The notes under the pieces: generated by a model | Database searches by the model: none | The model's input: the letters and a program-made list of their open reading frames with translations, nothing else | What the model was told of the DNA's origin: nothing | Translations under genes and position numbers: made by a program | In this document: positions 1-14,600 of the stretch, piece by piece | Position numbering within the stretch: position 1 is the stretch's first letter | How the letters are laid out: every line of letters starts with the position of its first letter | From: Eledone cirrhosa | Taxonomy: Eukaryota | DNA: 64,000 bases | Direction of reading: 5' to 3' | NCBI GenBank assembly: GCA_964016885.1 | Contig: OZ024749.1 | Coordinates: 39,432,001 to 39,496,000 of the forward strand

Positions 1-416
1 ATATATATACATACATACATATATATATACATATATATATACATACATATATATATACATACATATATATATACATACATATATATATACATACATATAT
101 ATATACATATATATATACATACATACATATATATATACATACATATATATATACATACATATATATATACATACATATATATATACATACATATATATAT
201 ACATACATATATATATACATACATATATATATACATACACATATATATACATACACATATATATACATACACATATATATATACATACACATATATATAT
301 ACATACACATATATATATACATACACATATATATACATATACACATATATATATATACATATACATATATATATACATACATATACATACATATATATAT
401 ACATACATATACATAC

Positions 417-449
<33 letters not shown>

Positions 450-450
450 C

Positions 451-485
<35 letters not shown>

Positions 486-500
486 CATATATATATATAT
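1..500. repeat. (TA/TACA)n compound microsatellite
   Basis: Direct inspection. Confidence 0.97.
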
Positions 501-1560
501 AGCACATTCTTCACAATTTTTTTTATTTCATTTGATTCACATCCCAAATATCAGAAGATCCTTGGCTATATTAACTGAATTCATTGCGAATTTCTAAATA
601 GAATACTAAAAATACGAAAACCAAACCTTATTTGCTTCAATTAATAATTAATGGAATGATATTTACTTAAGTTGAACTAAATTTGGGATCGGTAATGGCT
701 TTTCTATTTTTGGTACTACTCGTCTGAGAGAGACAGGCTGGGGGTGTAATTTAGTCTGTTGTGTACATCTCAGTACTATCAGAATCAATGGACCCCAAGA
801 GTAATAAATAAAACCGTAATTTAGACTTAGTGTGCAATTTACTTATACATTGTTTACTTTTGTTTTTTTACTAACCATTAGGTAGTCTACGCTTCATTGA
901 ACTGTTTCATAATTTCTAGAAAAGTTAAAACCCTTAAAATACACTTTTTAACTTGTCTGAGCAGAGCAAAAATAACTTAATATCTTATCTGAGCTACCTT
1001 TGAAAAGGAGACTTCAAGTTCAAGTTGCCCCATTTCAGACAAAGTGGAGAGATGATACCTCCTATTTATTTTATTGTACTTAAAAGGATATGAACGACAA
1101 AAGATAATCAGTTTTCTTTACTAATAACTATCATTAATTTCAATAGGGGCGTTTCACTTTAGGTGTACAAAATAAAATTGCAAGGTACCTGCTTTCGCGT
1201 TTGAATTTTTTTAGTCGATAAACTGAAAAATTTTGTGATTCTTTATTTATTTTCGATGTCGACCTTAGTTATTTGTCGCCGACAAATTCACTCAACGAGG
1301 CACCACAGTTGAGTATAAGTTCCAGTAAAGAATCTTGCCTAAGCTGCGCGAAAACTGACACATTTCGCTCAATTCTATTTTATTATCAAGCTTTTCCTTA
1401 ATTACCATGTTGTTGTCTGTCCGGTTATATACCTAAAATGAAACATCCCTATTTAAGTTATTTAGCTTATAATTTATAAGGAATGATTTTACAGTGAAGA
1501 ATACACTTCTACGACTGAAGTGTAAATATCCTGTAAGTTATGATATATATCTATATATAT

Positions 1561-1730
1561 ATATTTGAAAAAAGAAAAAAGAATGACTTCACTTGTAGTT
1601 CTAAACAATTTAATTTTATATTATAATTTTACAATTTGGTTAGATCTACAAAACCAAATTGTAAAATTATAATATAAAATTTAATTGTTAGAACTACAAA
1701 TGAAGTCATTCTTTTCCTTGTTTCAAATAT
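1561..1730. repeat. Fold-back inverted repeat (~80-bp arms, ~10-bp loop) in (TA)n
   Basis: aagaatgacttcacttgtagttctaa...caatttggtt mirrored by aaccaaattg...ttagaactacaaatgaagtcattctt. Confidence 0.9.
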
Positions 1731-2079
1731 ACCTAACTGTACCAAGGATTTCACACATTTTCCAATATATATATATGTATATATATATATGTATGTATGT
1801 GTGTGTATATATGTATATATATATATACACACGGATAATCGTGTCTGAAATTTCTATTTTCCCCCTATTAAATTTGGTTCTCGGTACATACTGTGTGTGT
1901 GTGAATGCTTGCTTTCTTGTATTACTCGTAAACTTAAGTAATTAGCTTGGTTAATGACACAATTCTGATTTGAATTTCACCGATTATTTTTATTGTGGTT
2001 CTCCTTTTGTGCCAATGGAACTTATTGATATATGAAAATAACGCCTAAGTTGAGCCTCATACAGCCTTTACACACATAC

Positions 2080-2153
2080 ATGAGTGTGTGTTTATATATG
2101 TGTGTATATATATATAGATATTATATCTGTGTGTATATCTATATATACATGTG

Positions 2154-2194
<41 letters not shown>

Positions 2195-2727
2195 GTATGT
2201 ATGTGTGTGTGTATCTATGTGCGTGTGTATATCTATATATACATGTGTATATATATATATGTATATATATATGTGTATATATATATATGTGTGTGTGTAT
2301 ATATATGTGTGTGTGTATATATATATGTGTGTGTATATATATATATGTATATATATATATGTGTATATATATATATATGTATATATATGTGTGTATATAT
2401 ATATATGTGTATATATATATGTGTGTATATATATATATGTGTGTGTATCTATATGTGTGTATATATGTGTATATATATGTGTGTATATCTATATATATGT
2501 GTGTATATATATATATATATGTGTATATCTATATATATATATGTGTATATCTATATATATAGATATATGTGTATATCTATATATATAGATATATGTGTAT
2601 ATCTATATATATAGATATATGTGTATATCTATATATATAGATATATGTGTATATCTATATATATATATATGTGTATATCTATATATACATGTGTTTATCT
2701 ATATATACATGTGTGTGTGTGTGTGTG
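2080..2727. repeat. (TA/TG)n compound microsatellite
   Basis: Direct inspection; source of the spurious YIYI/CVCV ORFs. Confidence 0.97.
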
Positions 2728-5059
2728 AATGTGTTGCTTTCATGGTATGTTAAATGTTCATTCGATATTTCCATACTTAACATGTGATTCACCCAGTCTT
2801 AAAAATATTGGGTGTTTTCCTAACTCTCTAATTCCCCAAATTCTATTCAAATTTTATTGTAATGTTTGTGGAATAATTTAGATTTGAGCTGTTTTATTTT
2901 TGTTTCTTCTGGTGGTATTTAGCTCTTTGATCGAACCAAATTGACAATCAATTCCTTCAACTTAGTTATCTTCAATAACACTTTAAATATGATGCGCTGT
3001 TGTTATGAATGCAACAGAATCTCTCATGTCACTCAGAGTGTTTACTAATCATCTATTTATTGCAATTCGAAAAGAAAACTCTTCATAATACGCATACTGC
3101 TTTGAAAATATTCTAACTATAATAATGTTAACTATAGTCTACCATTGCCGTTTATAAGGGTTCTTACTAAAAGTTTTGAGTCTTTAATGATTACACCAAA
3201 CCATTTCTTTCCCATTTCTTTTATAAATTCATCGTAACATTTTTGTTTTTGTTTCTAATAAAGCTTTATTATTAATTTTATATTTTTTAACATCTTGTTT
3301 TGTTGTGTTCTGTGTTGTTTACGATAGTTATTATTACTTCGTTAATAATAACCATTTTCTCTTACATAATGGCTGCTCCAGAAAAAGGAATTTTATTTTC
3401 ACTGCTTTTACCATTTAGCATGTAAAGTAATTTTTCACTGCCTATTTCTAAAGTACGAAGAAAAAGAAACAAAAAAAAAATCCCCTAAGTGTATACACAC
3501 ATATCTCGAGTACTTTCCTGTGTATATTTAATCATGTTTTAACATTTACACATTCACACGGCACTTGACCAAGTGCAACTTTAAGTTTTTAGATGGTTAT
3601 TTTTGTGATGAATAATAATTTAGTTCTTGTTTCAATAAATACTCTGATGGTATGCTGGTTTTCTCATTCAGTCTTGTTGGCTGTCAAAGTCATAGAACTG
3701 AGAAATTCGCCTCTAAGCAATGACCTAATTCCTCGTGACATAGGCTGCTTTCTCTTACAAAGTACCATGTTTTTTCCCCTTTTTTCAGCAGTTAGTCAAA
3801 TTATTTTCAACACTATAGTTGCATTAGCCAGTATTTTACGAGATATCTCTTTCTCATATTTTATTATCGCTTAATTACTATTTTAGTTTCCATCACCAGT
3901 GCAAAAATATTCATACATTCGGTAAAATATCTATTAGACCAAAACAAGATTTAATCACTGAAAAATAGTGTTTTATTCCCATCACAGTTAACAAAAAGTG
4001 TTAGGATTTCTACTAATACTTCTAGTTGTAATGCTATGATTCAACCTTTTTCAATTATTCATGTTATTATTTTTTAACAAAAAATGGAACATAAGGAACG
4101 AAAAGAGGTCGGCTTGGAAAGATAGTCGTGTACTCGTAAGTACCGGAGGCACCATAAAATACACCCGATCTACGTTAGACATACTCACATCTTATAAGAT
4201 AACTAAGGACTAGAATTGTCTATTTTTCTTCCTGTAGTGAGGGTGAAAGATTGTAGTGCCACAGGAGAGCCGAACTACTGGAAAACTTAAGGAGTAGGGC
4301 TATGGGTTATAGAATAACAAAGTTGACCGGCTTGCTGTGTGTGCAAGATGGTGCGGACTGTGACAAAACTCGACCCACCCGTGGCAAAACTGACGGAAAT
4401 TATGGTGATTCTAAATCTTGAAGCATATTTAATGTTTGCTTAAAATATCTATAATATATTGTTTATAACTGTCATATTTTTCACCGACCAACAGTTGACA
4501 ACTTCATCATACTATTATTTTCATACTCAGTTCCTCATATATTTCCAATATTGCATTTATTTTCTAGCAGAGTTTCCAATTACTTAATTCCTTTGAAATA
4601 TATCATCTGAGTGTAACATTAAAAACTTAGGGAAACCCTTCATCCCATCGTCTTTGTTACTCTCATTCATTCATTGTTATTTTTTTGTTTTTATTGCACA
4701 TCAAGCAAAATAGTTGACTATCAAATAGCACAGTTAGTTTGTCTGGAGATATTGTAGTAATAGACAGGCATTACTCAGTTGCTTTCCCCGAGTATGCAGC
4801 ATTTTTTTAACGGTTGTGCTGTATTACAGCTAGGAGTGAACCATTTGGGGGTATTTTTGGTGTTGTGGGTAGGAAGGGAGTTGTAGAAGGATATCTTGCC
4901 AGTCATCCAGTTAACTTGTCTTGCTTGGGTCAGAGGTGAGGCTAATCAACATAGTATTAGTTCATCTTTAACAAATTTGCCTCACGTGAAGTACCAGAGT
5001 TTTGGGTTCAGTTATTTTTTGTAGATGAATAATTCTGATTAAAGGGAGACTAAAACCTT

Positions 5060-6000
5060 TTATCATCAGCATCGTTTTTTTACGTCCAATGTTCCATGCT
5101 GGCTTGGGTTGGATGGGATATTTTGAGACTGTGTGTTACAGTGTGACCTACCTACCATTCTAGATATTTTCAGTATCTTAGTGATTATTCCTGGTGATCC
5201 AGATGATTTGTCTGCCTTCAGATCCACAATTGCCTTATCTACCATAATTGCTGTCAACCTGTGTTGGATTTGCTTAGGGTAGATACACCTCCATTCAACA
5301 GTCTTTCAAAATGTCCCTTCCATGCCTCTTCCTTTTCAGTATCAATGAAATCAAGTATGCCACTCTCACTTCAACTTTCTTGCAATTTGGAACACCTCAT
5401 ACTTTTGATTTTCACAGTGTATAAGGTTTTCTGCTATCCCCTTTCTTTGCAGACCTGTTTCTTTACTTTATTACCCCATCTCCCCTACTAACCCACTACC
5501 ATGTTATCTTCTGTCACACTGAAGCTTTACATCAGCCACAGAAATTATCTGTAGCCTTCAGCAAGTTGTGTCACAGGAACCTTTTCTATGTTGTAAGTTT
5601 CTATCTTCTCTTCCTTACTGTAGCTTCCATGTGTTTTGGTTATCTGTTTCTGAGTCTGTCTAGCTCTAATTCTGAGGTCACTACCTACCCACTAAACTTC
5701 GTTTAGTAATACGTTCTTCATCGGGGAATGATTGATAGGCAATCAGATGGCTAGCTGAATTGTTGTCGTGTGTTGCAATTAGTTAAGTCGTTTACATCAC
5801 AAAACTCTGGTGTCATTGATCCCTCATTTCTCGTGCCAAACCATAGCCTCCATAAATACCTGAGAAGTTAATGATATTGCCCAACATGTCCATTAAAATT
5901 CCTAGCCATAATTATGAAGTCACCATAATTTGTTAATGAGGTAGTCAGCAGAAAAGCGTTGTAAAAGGGATCCATCTGCCAGCCGTGATTATAGTGCATA
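5060..6000 (-). mobile_element. Degraded LINE fragment (ORF2-like)
   Basis: Minus translation VDKAIVDLKADKSSGSPGIITKILK resembles the conserved pre-RT region (K..K.PGPDGI..E.LK). Confidence 0.5.
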
Positions 6001-8489
6001 TAGAGAAATAACTATCAGTTATTTTGTTTCGCATTAGCCTAAGCTTTACATTCTGGAAAATGACACCTTCCTGTATTGCAATAATGTTTCTTCAAATCAC
6101 TCCACTCTATTTTCAAAGGAACATTAGATAATGCGTCCAGTATTGAAATAAGATTTTTTTAAATCATTTCTCTCTACTTTCAAACAGCAGGGTGTAATGG
6201 TACATCCAGTTTTGAGATAATGTTTCTTTAAACCAGGGTGTTTGGGTAGAGAGGATACATTGATGTCTGATGGTGGCATACTTAGGGGCAGACCAGTACA
6301 CAGGTTCTCACCTGACTCTCACTTCTGGTTCCAGGACATTTTTCAACCACACCTCTGTAACTGCATCTGTTGGCAAGCTAAACTTAATGAGGGACTGAAC
6401 ACTTGGAGAGGATAAGGGCACTGCCAACCATTTCTAACGGTTTGCTGAAATGTCTAGATGCACAGACAGTCAAACATCTAAAATAGCTGCACCAGTTACA
6501 GGAACTAGATTGATAGATTGATAGATTCTGTTGCTCCCTTTGACTACCTCACTTAACCTTTTCGATCCATTCTTTCTGCTACGTTGTTGATAACCAAAAC
6601 CAAATCGCAGTATTGTGTGTAATTTAGTACTTATGTGATCAATAGTAATTATATTGTCTGAAGCTGCTTCACTATCAGATGTTTCTTCTTTGTAAGGTAA
6701 AGTTTAAAAGAAGAAAACTAAAACTATTTATGAAAACATACCCCAAACATCAGTAAGGATTATACTAAACTGAACATCTTTATTGGAATATTATAGTGGA
6801 AGATTTATTCAGTTGCAGGTGAGCAGAAACCAGAGTTACAGGAATATTAATAAGGAATATAAAGTTTTTATTGCCATTTTATTAATGGATAGAGCTTAAA
6901 AATTCATATTTTACAAGTAAAATCATGTCTAGTTTAACTTTTAATATCCTGTATCACATGAACCAAAATAGCTAGATATTCTTGGATAGTACAGAATAGC
7001 ATTATGATTGTATCACATTAAAAATTAAAGTCTTTATCCTTATACTACAAATGTTCACAACGATCTTCTGTCCATTAGTAAAGTTATTATAAATATTGGA
7101 ATAAACAAACCCTATTTGTAGATAAATCATTAACTCTTAACTTCATGTAATGAGTCTGGAGATATCGCTAATTTTATCTTTGAATTTGCTCTCTTTTCTA
7201 AAAGCCAGATTCAAGATCCGATTGACTAGATTTTTGAAAGCTTTAGAGATCTGGCTCAGACAGTTAATTTGATGTAGTATAGTGTTTGTCTTATTCTGTG
7301 AATTTCTTTATCTACTGCTTCGTTTGTGAAGGAGAATCTAAATATTCTTTAAGTAAAGATTTGCAAGCACCACAGCAGTAGACTTCATAACTCTAATTTT
7401 TATATCGGACATATAAGTATGGCATTCTTCCACTGATTAACCAAGGAGTGGTGCAATTCACATACACTGCACACCAGCACAAAATAAAACTAGATTAAAA
7501 AAGAAGTTGAGACAAACAGAGCCATACTCTACAGAATAAGTTCATAACTACACTGGTTAAGCAATTAGGCCTCAACAGTCTCAAAAATGAAAGTGGTTTC
7601 TGAGACAAAAACACACATTTGTTTCCAAATTTTAAATAATTTAACAAGATAACAGAAGCTATATAAAGTTATCAGTAAAGCAAATCTGGCCTTTTTCGTG
7701 TTACCAACTGAAGAAGCTAGCTATATGTTCACTTACAGAAACAATAGGTGTATCCTCCTAGATTCTGAAGATATTAGCTATGTCTATTTTACATGGAATA
7801 ATCTTGGTTTTTTAAATCTGTTACAGTCTTGTCAATTGGACATCAACCATAGCCCTAAAATCATTTCAATTCACTTTAAATATTTTATTAAGCATTTTAT
7901 ATAGTTTTAGCTAATTTTGGGATGAATTAGGAAGTGCTGTAAAAAATATGCATCCTTGCCACTTTATATGGATCAACGCGACATTTTTTCCTCAAAACCA
8001 TCTGATTTCTATATGAATGGCATAAGAAACCTTTTACTGTGTTGGAAGAATGTTATTGATTTAGATAGGGAATATATACTTGATTAAATTAATGTGTAAC
8101 TTGTGGTTTTTATCTATTCAAAACCTACTACCAAAAACGACATTACTTATGGGATAACCTGATATATGTGTGTGAGTATATACTCAAGAACAGTTGATAT
8201 ACACCTCTCACCAAGAACACACTTATTATATAACTTCCTGGCAGCTTCTCCATCTTATCTAATTTTCTCTTTCTTATCTTACTCAATATGAGATGCAACA
8301 AATCATTTACTCCCGGAGTTACCTCCCCTACAATTATATATTTTGTGTACAGTTAGTCTGACGTTAATTGCCCTCTGTGAGATTGTCAGACTATGAAACC
8401 TAAGGTTGTGCAATTAATTTTCGTGTGTATGAATCATAATAAATTTAATCTGTATATAGCGCCCTTTTCCCTCCTAGTTGACACTCTTG

Positions 8490-8531
<42 letters not shown>

Positions 8532-9124
8532 TAAAGGTTAATTAGTCACTAATACCCAAACATTTCAATGAAAGAAATTTCTGAGAAGCAATATTATATA
8601 TTAAAATTAAATGAGAAAAACTCTAATCTCAGAGTTAGAGTTTTTTCTTATTTAATTTTATTATTATATATATATATAATAATAATAATAATTGTTTCTA
8701 CTTTAGGCACAAGGCCAGCAATTATCTCAGTGCATTACTGGTACTTTATTTTATCGACCTCGTAAGGATGAAAGGCAAAGTCTACCTCGGCGGGATTTGA
8801 ACTCATAATAATAATAATAATACAAGGATGAATGGTTACTCCTTCATTACGTTCATTGGTTGGTGACGCGTGTTTCGCTACTGATTAGCTCAAGGTTCGA
8901 TCTATATCGAACAGATTCTGTCATTACTACTACCGAGGTCCGACAAGCTTTTGATTCCAGAGTTGGGCTAGATCGATACAGATTGAACCAAACATACTAC
9001 ACAAAAATGTATATAAGCTATAGCTTATTCTTGCTCAGTATCAAATGAGTCACCGATTACATAAAAATTCAGAAACGTGCCTGGCACTCTCAGCTACAGG
9101 GATAACTGTATACATGATCACAGC

Positions 9125-9319
9125 TTAACCCTTTAGCATTTAGATTACTCTATATATAGTATTGTATTTCCGCAGTCAAGGCTTTATCTCACATAATATA
9201 GTATCTAAGAGATTTTGATATTATTTATTTTGAGAACAATACCATAACATAAGTATGAGCAGCCGGTTTGAACAGAAAGAGGTGAGAGAAGTCTGGCCAG
9301 ATATGGTCAGTTTAAATGC
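9125..9319 (+). mobile_element. piggyBac-type MITE family copy (TTAA-CCCTTTAGCATTT)
   Basis: Same ~210-bp family as 9921-10126, 29339-29480, 29593-29800, 32115-32290, 39915-40130, 45272-45470, 45493-45699, 49548-49755, 55316-55542, 59181-59396. Confidence 0.75.
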
Positions 9320-9761
9320 ATTCATAATGAGACTCATTATGTATATTATATATTAACATATCATATATGGCTTCATATACACTTCTATTATGAAGCATGC
9401 CATGTTAGTGATATTACTGATTGAACAAGACATATATTGGAAAGTAATAACACTAAATAAGAATTGACTCAGCTCATAATGATGCATTTAACCTATGTCA
9501 GCAGGAAAAGCAGTCATAAAAACGATGGTGATCATCATCATATCCATATATATTTAGTTTTGCTGAGATTAATAGAACCCTCCCCCACACACACATAGCC
9601 CTACCTAATCAGCTTTGTATTAAAGCCCATGTTAATAAAAAAAAACATGCGATCAGCAATTTCACTAGTCTGTTCGAGAAAATACACAATAACAATGCTA
9701 AATTAAAGATATTTGAAAGATGTTTTGTTTAAATCTATAATAAGTTTCTATTTTGTTTCAG

Positions 9762-9818
9762 GTTGATATGGAATATCTAACATGGTGTAAAGTTAAAAGT
9801 ATTTTCGTTAAAACATGA
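9762..9818 (+). CDS. USP6NL: USP6NL start exon (5'UTR plus ATG A; coding 9815-9818)
   Basis: tttcag acceptor at 9761 and ATGA|gtaagt donor; phase 1 joins 22012 to give MNKLNDYEE. Confidence 0.7.
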   Translation, partial: VDMEYLTWCKVKSIFVKT

Positions 9819-12800
9819 GTAAGTATATTTTCTAAATATATATTTTCCAGAAGGTTCTCACAATTTGAATATATCAGTATAATTTATGAAAAATTTGCAA
9901 GTCAAATATAGCTATTTGATTTAACATTTACATTACTCTATATATACTATTGTATTTTTGTGGTAAAGGCTTTACCTTACATGATTATGTCACATAATAT
10001 CGAATCTGAGATTTTGATATTATTTATTTTGAGAACAATACCTTAATGTTAACATGAGTGGCTGGTTACAGAAAGAGGTGAGAGGATTCTGGCTGGATAT
10101 GGCTGATTTAAATGCTATAGGGTTAATATAGTGGACTTTGAAGTCTGTATGTTAGATATTTCTGCTGTACAGTGTCACTCATCTTGTTCTTGTGTTATCT
10201 CCACCATGAAGCCTATCATATTGAGTACTTCCACCTCTTCCTTGGCCGTTCTCTGCTACAGATACATTACACTGTCAACATGGGACTTTTCCACCTGTTA
10301 CTCACTATCTGTTCACATCACATGTTCACACTAATGCATTCTTCTCTCCTGCATACATCTGCTCATGCTTTTAATGCCACCTGTTCTGTCATTCTACTTG
10401 TGAGCCACCTTTCATGAAAGTTAACATAGCACATCTTGGATCATATGAAAGTAATTTCTCTTTAGTTTTTGCATATATCCTTCTATAAAACAGTATAAAA
10501 GCAGATATGCATTGTTTCAAACTGAGATCAAAAGATTTTGTATCACTTGGTTGCCAGTCAAAAAAACATGGGGTGAAGCTTGAAATCTATTACAGTTTAT
10601 TCAGCATGCCAGGCAACAGTGCATTTACCATATCAGGTCAACCATGGAATGCAATGAACTTACCCAATAAGTGGGAACATCAATACGGGACCATAGGCTG
10701 ACCGATTTTTCAGTCCGAAAAACTGGGAAAATATGTTCTCTCATTTTGAACAAGGTCTATTATGAAATATTCTTGTCTTTGACCAATGTTATGCTTCATA
10801 TCTCACAATCAATGAATGAGAAGAAGGTAAGGTGTGACAGACTGAAGGCATTTGAGATAGATTTAATGATACACTTAAAAAACTCATTTCTTGGTGCGAA
10901 AGGCTTCTCATGGGTGCTTATAATTCCATCATTCCATCAAATGTGTGCGCACAGCTGGGAACTTTTTGAATGGAATGAGGAGCAGTCAATTGCTCTACCT
11001 GGAATAACATTCTGATCTCTGAGCTACACACTCTTATCAACTAATGTTACTCCAAAGATCCTTCAGGGGAACCCCATTTCGGCTGCATGTATTCGCGATC
11101 GTATTCTTTCGGTCATGATCCAAGATTCATGACTATAGGTAACGGTTGCCACGAATACCGAATTGAGGATAGCGAGTTTGGCTTCTACATCTACCTCCCT
11201 GCTTCTGATTACTGCACCAGCTCCTGCAATTTTTGCACTTAATTCAGCCTCCTGTCTTCCATAATTCGTGAACATGGCCTCGAGACCTCGAGATACCTGA
11301 ACTTCACTTATTTCAGTGGAACTCTATTCACATAAAGGATGCACTGTGCAGGTTTCCTTGAGAGGACGAGTATCTCAGTTTTCGCAACACTGATTTTCAT
11401 TCCAGCCATGTAGCCCTCGGTATCAAACCCTATCAAGTGCAAGCTAGAGATGACCTTCTGTCAAGTTAAGTAACAACATTTCATCTGCAAATTCTAGCCG
11501 ACTGATTTTACACCTGCCAGTCATGACACCACTTCCAACCCGGCCGGGCATGCCAATCCTGTTCATGAAAATAATGAACAGGAGAAGTGACAGTACGCAC
11601 CCTTGGCAGAGTCCAACTCACACATTGAATGGTTTCGATTTAGCCTGATATATCCAAACACAAATACTCAGGCATTCATAGAAAGACATCAGGGCAGCAA
11701 GAAGCTCCACTCTGTCATCTTGACAATTTTACTCGCCTTACATTTCATTATGCTGACATTGATAGTGACAGTTTTGAAATTGGTTATCAGACAAGCAGTG
11801 GATATTTGGCTCTGAAAGGATGAATGTGGTCATTTGTTAATTTAAACGGTTCTTACATATGGCTAGATGTTTCTACTTAGCCACCCCACTACTGTGCCCT
11901 CAATCAACTTGACTACCGTTAGGCCTGTTTATGCAGCTAGGTGTTTTCATTAAATTGCTACAATACTGTTCACAGTTTTGACATGGTTTTACTGGATGAA
12001 TGAATACCCTTCTGATAAAGAACCACTTAACAGCATAGACTGCATTTATCATGCCACAAGCACTTGACAGGACTCTGTCATTTTTTTTATTCAAAGTTAC
12101 TGCTCTCCTAGACATGTTGCCTTTGTGGTGCCTTACAGAAAACATATCTCTGTGTATTGTTTTAAAATTTGGAGTTATTGCGCTGTATTGACATTCTACT
12201 AGTCTACAATGCAAGATGGCAAGATGGGGAGAGGGGCAATATAAGTTAGAGGAGATGGTTGGAAGTGGTTGTGGGTGATGGCAAAGGGAGGATATCCTGA
12301 TTTGCTTGTGGAAGGAAATTGGTTGAAAAGTGTAGGTTGGTAGGATGGGGATAATGGTTGGTGATTACAATAGTTGTTGGGGTGATGTGGGAAGTTGTGG
12401 TTTGGAGGAGTTAGGGTGGGACATCTGCATATGTCCTGCAGCTTGGTATTTCAACAAAGATCAACAGCATATACCAAATTTAAAAATAAACTATGGGCTT
12501 CATCCAGTCCAGTTGATGTCATCTTGGAGTATCGGACGATGATTATGGTGGTGGTGTGTCTGACCCTCATTTCTAATTACATCAATTCATATTTTTAATA
12601 TTAACCTTTTACATAGGCACAAGGCCAGCAATTTGGGGGAAATGAAATAACTGATTATATTGATTTCAGTGATTAACTAATTCTTGGACTCAGGAAAGGT
12701 GAAAGCCAAAATTGATCAGGGGCCGAGTTTGAACTGTGATCATAAGAGAAGTGTAACTAAATATCGCCAGGTATTTAGTCCAATGTTCTAATGTTTCTAC

Positions 12801-12991
12801 AGCAAGGAAGTTCTTATATCTGTGAATTAGTATAATAACATATTAACATATGTTTGGTTGAGGATATACCTCAGTGACATTTACTTCAGTTACATATGTG
12901 ATGTTCTTACACTTACTACGTAAATATACATACATACACCTGCCTGCTAACCTATATATATATATATAATATATATATAAATTATATATAT

Positions 12992-13027
<36 letters not shown>

Positions 13028-13088
13028 CGTTTAGCGTCCACTTTCCACGCTATATAAATTATATATATAAATTATATATAATATATAT

Positions 13089-13129
<41 letters not shown>

Positions 13130-14535
13130 AGGCACATGGCTTAGTGGTTAGAGCATTGGCCTTGCAATCGAAAGGTTGTGAGGGGCATCCAGCTGTAGAA
13201 ATCAAGCCAGAATCACGTCCCGTCCCACCCTTGCAAGCGGACGTAAAATGATGATGATGATGAAAAAAAATATAATATATATATATATGTGTGTGTGTGT
13301 ATTTGTGTAGTCTGACTGAATTTCTGTCTCCCCCTCTCTCCTCCTCTCTCTTTGCTTCTTCACAATTACAACTTAGTCAGTTATAGTGTTATTTTATGGC
13401 CTTTATTGTTCATTTAATGAATAGTATGCTGAACATTACTATTATTTTTTTTTTATTATTCTAATTAAATAAATAGCTAATGTCTCTGTCAGATGAAATG
13501 AGTAATGTATCATAACTATCAAAATAACTCGACAGTATTCTGTAGTGAGAACATTTGTGATAGGTACAAAAAAATATGTGGATTTAAATAAGAATATGTA
13601 AGTGATTTAAGCTGGATTCTTCCAGAGTGTGATAAATTATTCAGTTTTTCATGATCTCAATCAAATTAAGCCACTTGTCAAACAATTATAATTTATTCTT
13701 TTGTAATTTGGTTTCAGTGGTGTTTTTGTTAAATTTTATTTTTAGTTTAAACATTTTTTGTTGTTTTATTTGCTAGTGGTTCTATTTAGAAATAATGACT
13801 GCACACATTGTTTAAAGTGTATTTGATTCAGATTTTAATATATTTATGTTTAGATTTATAGTAAAATAGAAAGAAGTTGGCTAGAAGTTTTTCAAACTGT
13901 TTGGCAGAGTTATTTCTGGCAACTACCTCACTCTGGCAATAACACTATTGTAGTTAATGTTTAGGAGGAAGGTGATTCTTGTCTGTTGCCTATCCTCCTC
14001 TAACCAGGTTACTCTGTTGACATGTAACAATATCCTGCTGCTCTTCAAAATAGGTCAGCTTGTGTGGACAACTGTCTCTTATATATGCTGTCATTAGTTT
14101 AACTGGTCAATATCAAATCAAGGAACACATCACTTTACTTTGATTTCTTCCGTTTACTTTCATGGAATCTGACGACGATGGTTTCTTTACCTTTGCTGAA
14201 ATGATTAACAAGTAAATTATAGACCACCTAGCAGATGAATGTATGTCATAGATATTTGGCTATTTTATACTTTGTCATGGGAACCTTCTTACAGCTTTAT
14301 ATTCAGTTTGAACATTCAGGTTAGTTGAGAGTATTGTGTATCTGAAATTCGTGTTTTTATTATCTACGCCTTCCCTCTAGTTTCATGTCAAATTAATTGT
14401 TATACTCAATCCTGAATATATTTAACTATCGTTCCATAACATGACTATTTGATAACGTGTTTATTGTGTGTACATGTGTTTAAATATATATATGTATGTA
14501 TATATGTATATCATTGTCGTTTCAACGCCCGCTTT

Positions 14536-14600
<65 letters not shown>

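Noticed and set aside
2032-2614. 176-aa YIYI/CVCV ORFs, and similar ones at 22176-22527, 37963-38301, 43231-43543
   Set aside because: Translations of TA/TG microsatellites that happen to lack stops
8345-8415. Hammerhead-like GAAACCTAAGGTT with upstream hairpin
   Set aside because: No CUGANGA box in the right position
14162-14215. Alternative first exon [17 protein letters not shown] for USP6NL
   Set aside because: The nearest donor is phase 2, but exon 22012 needs phase 1; no other support
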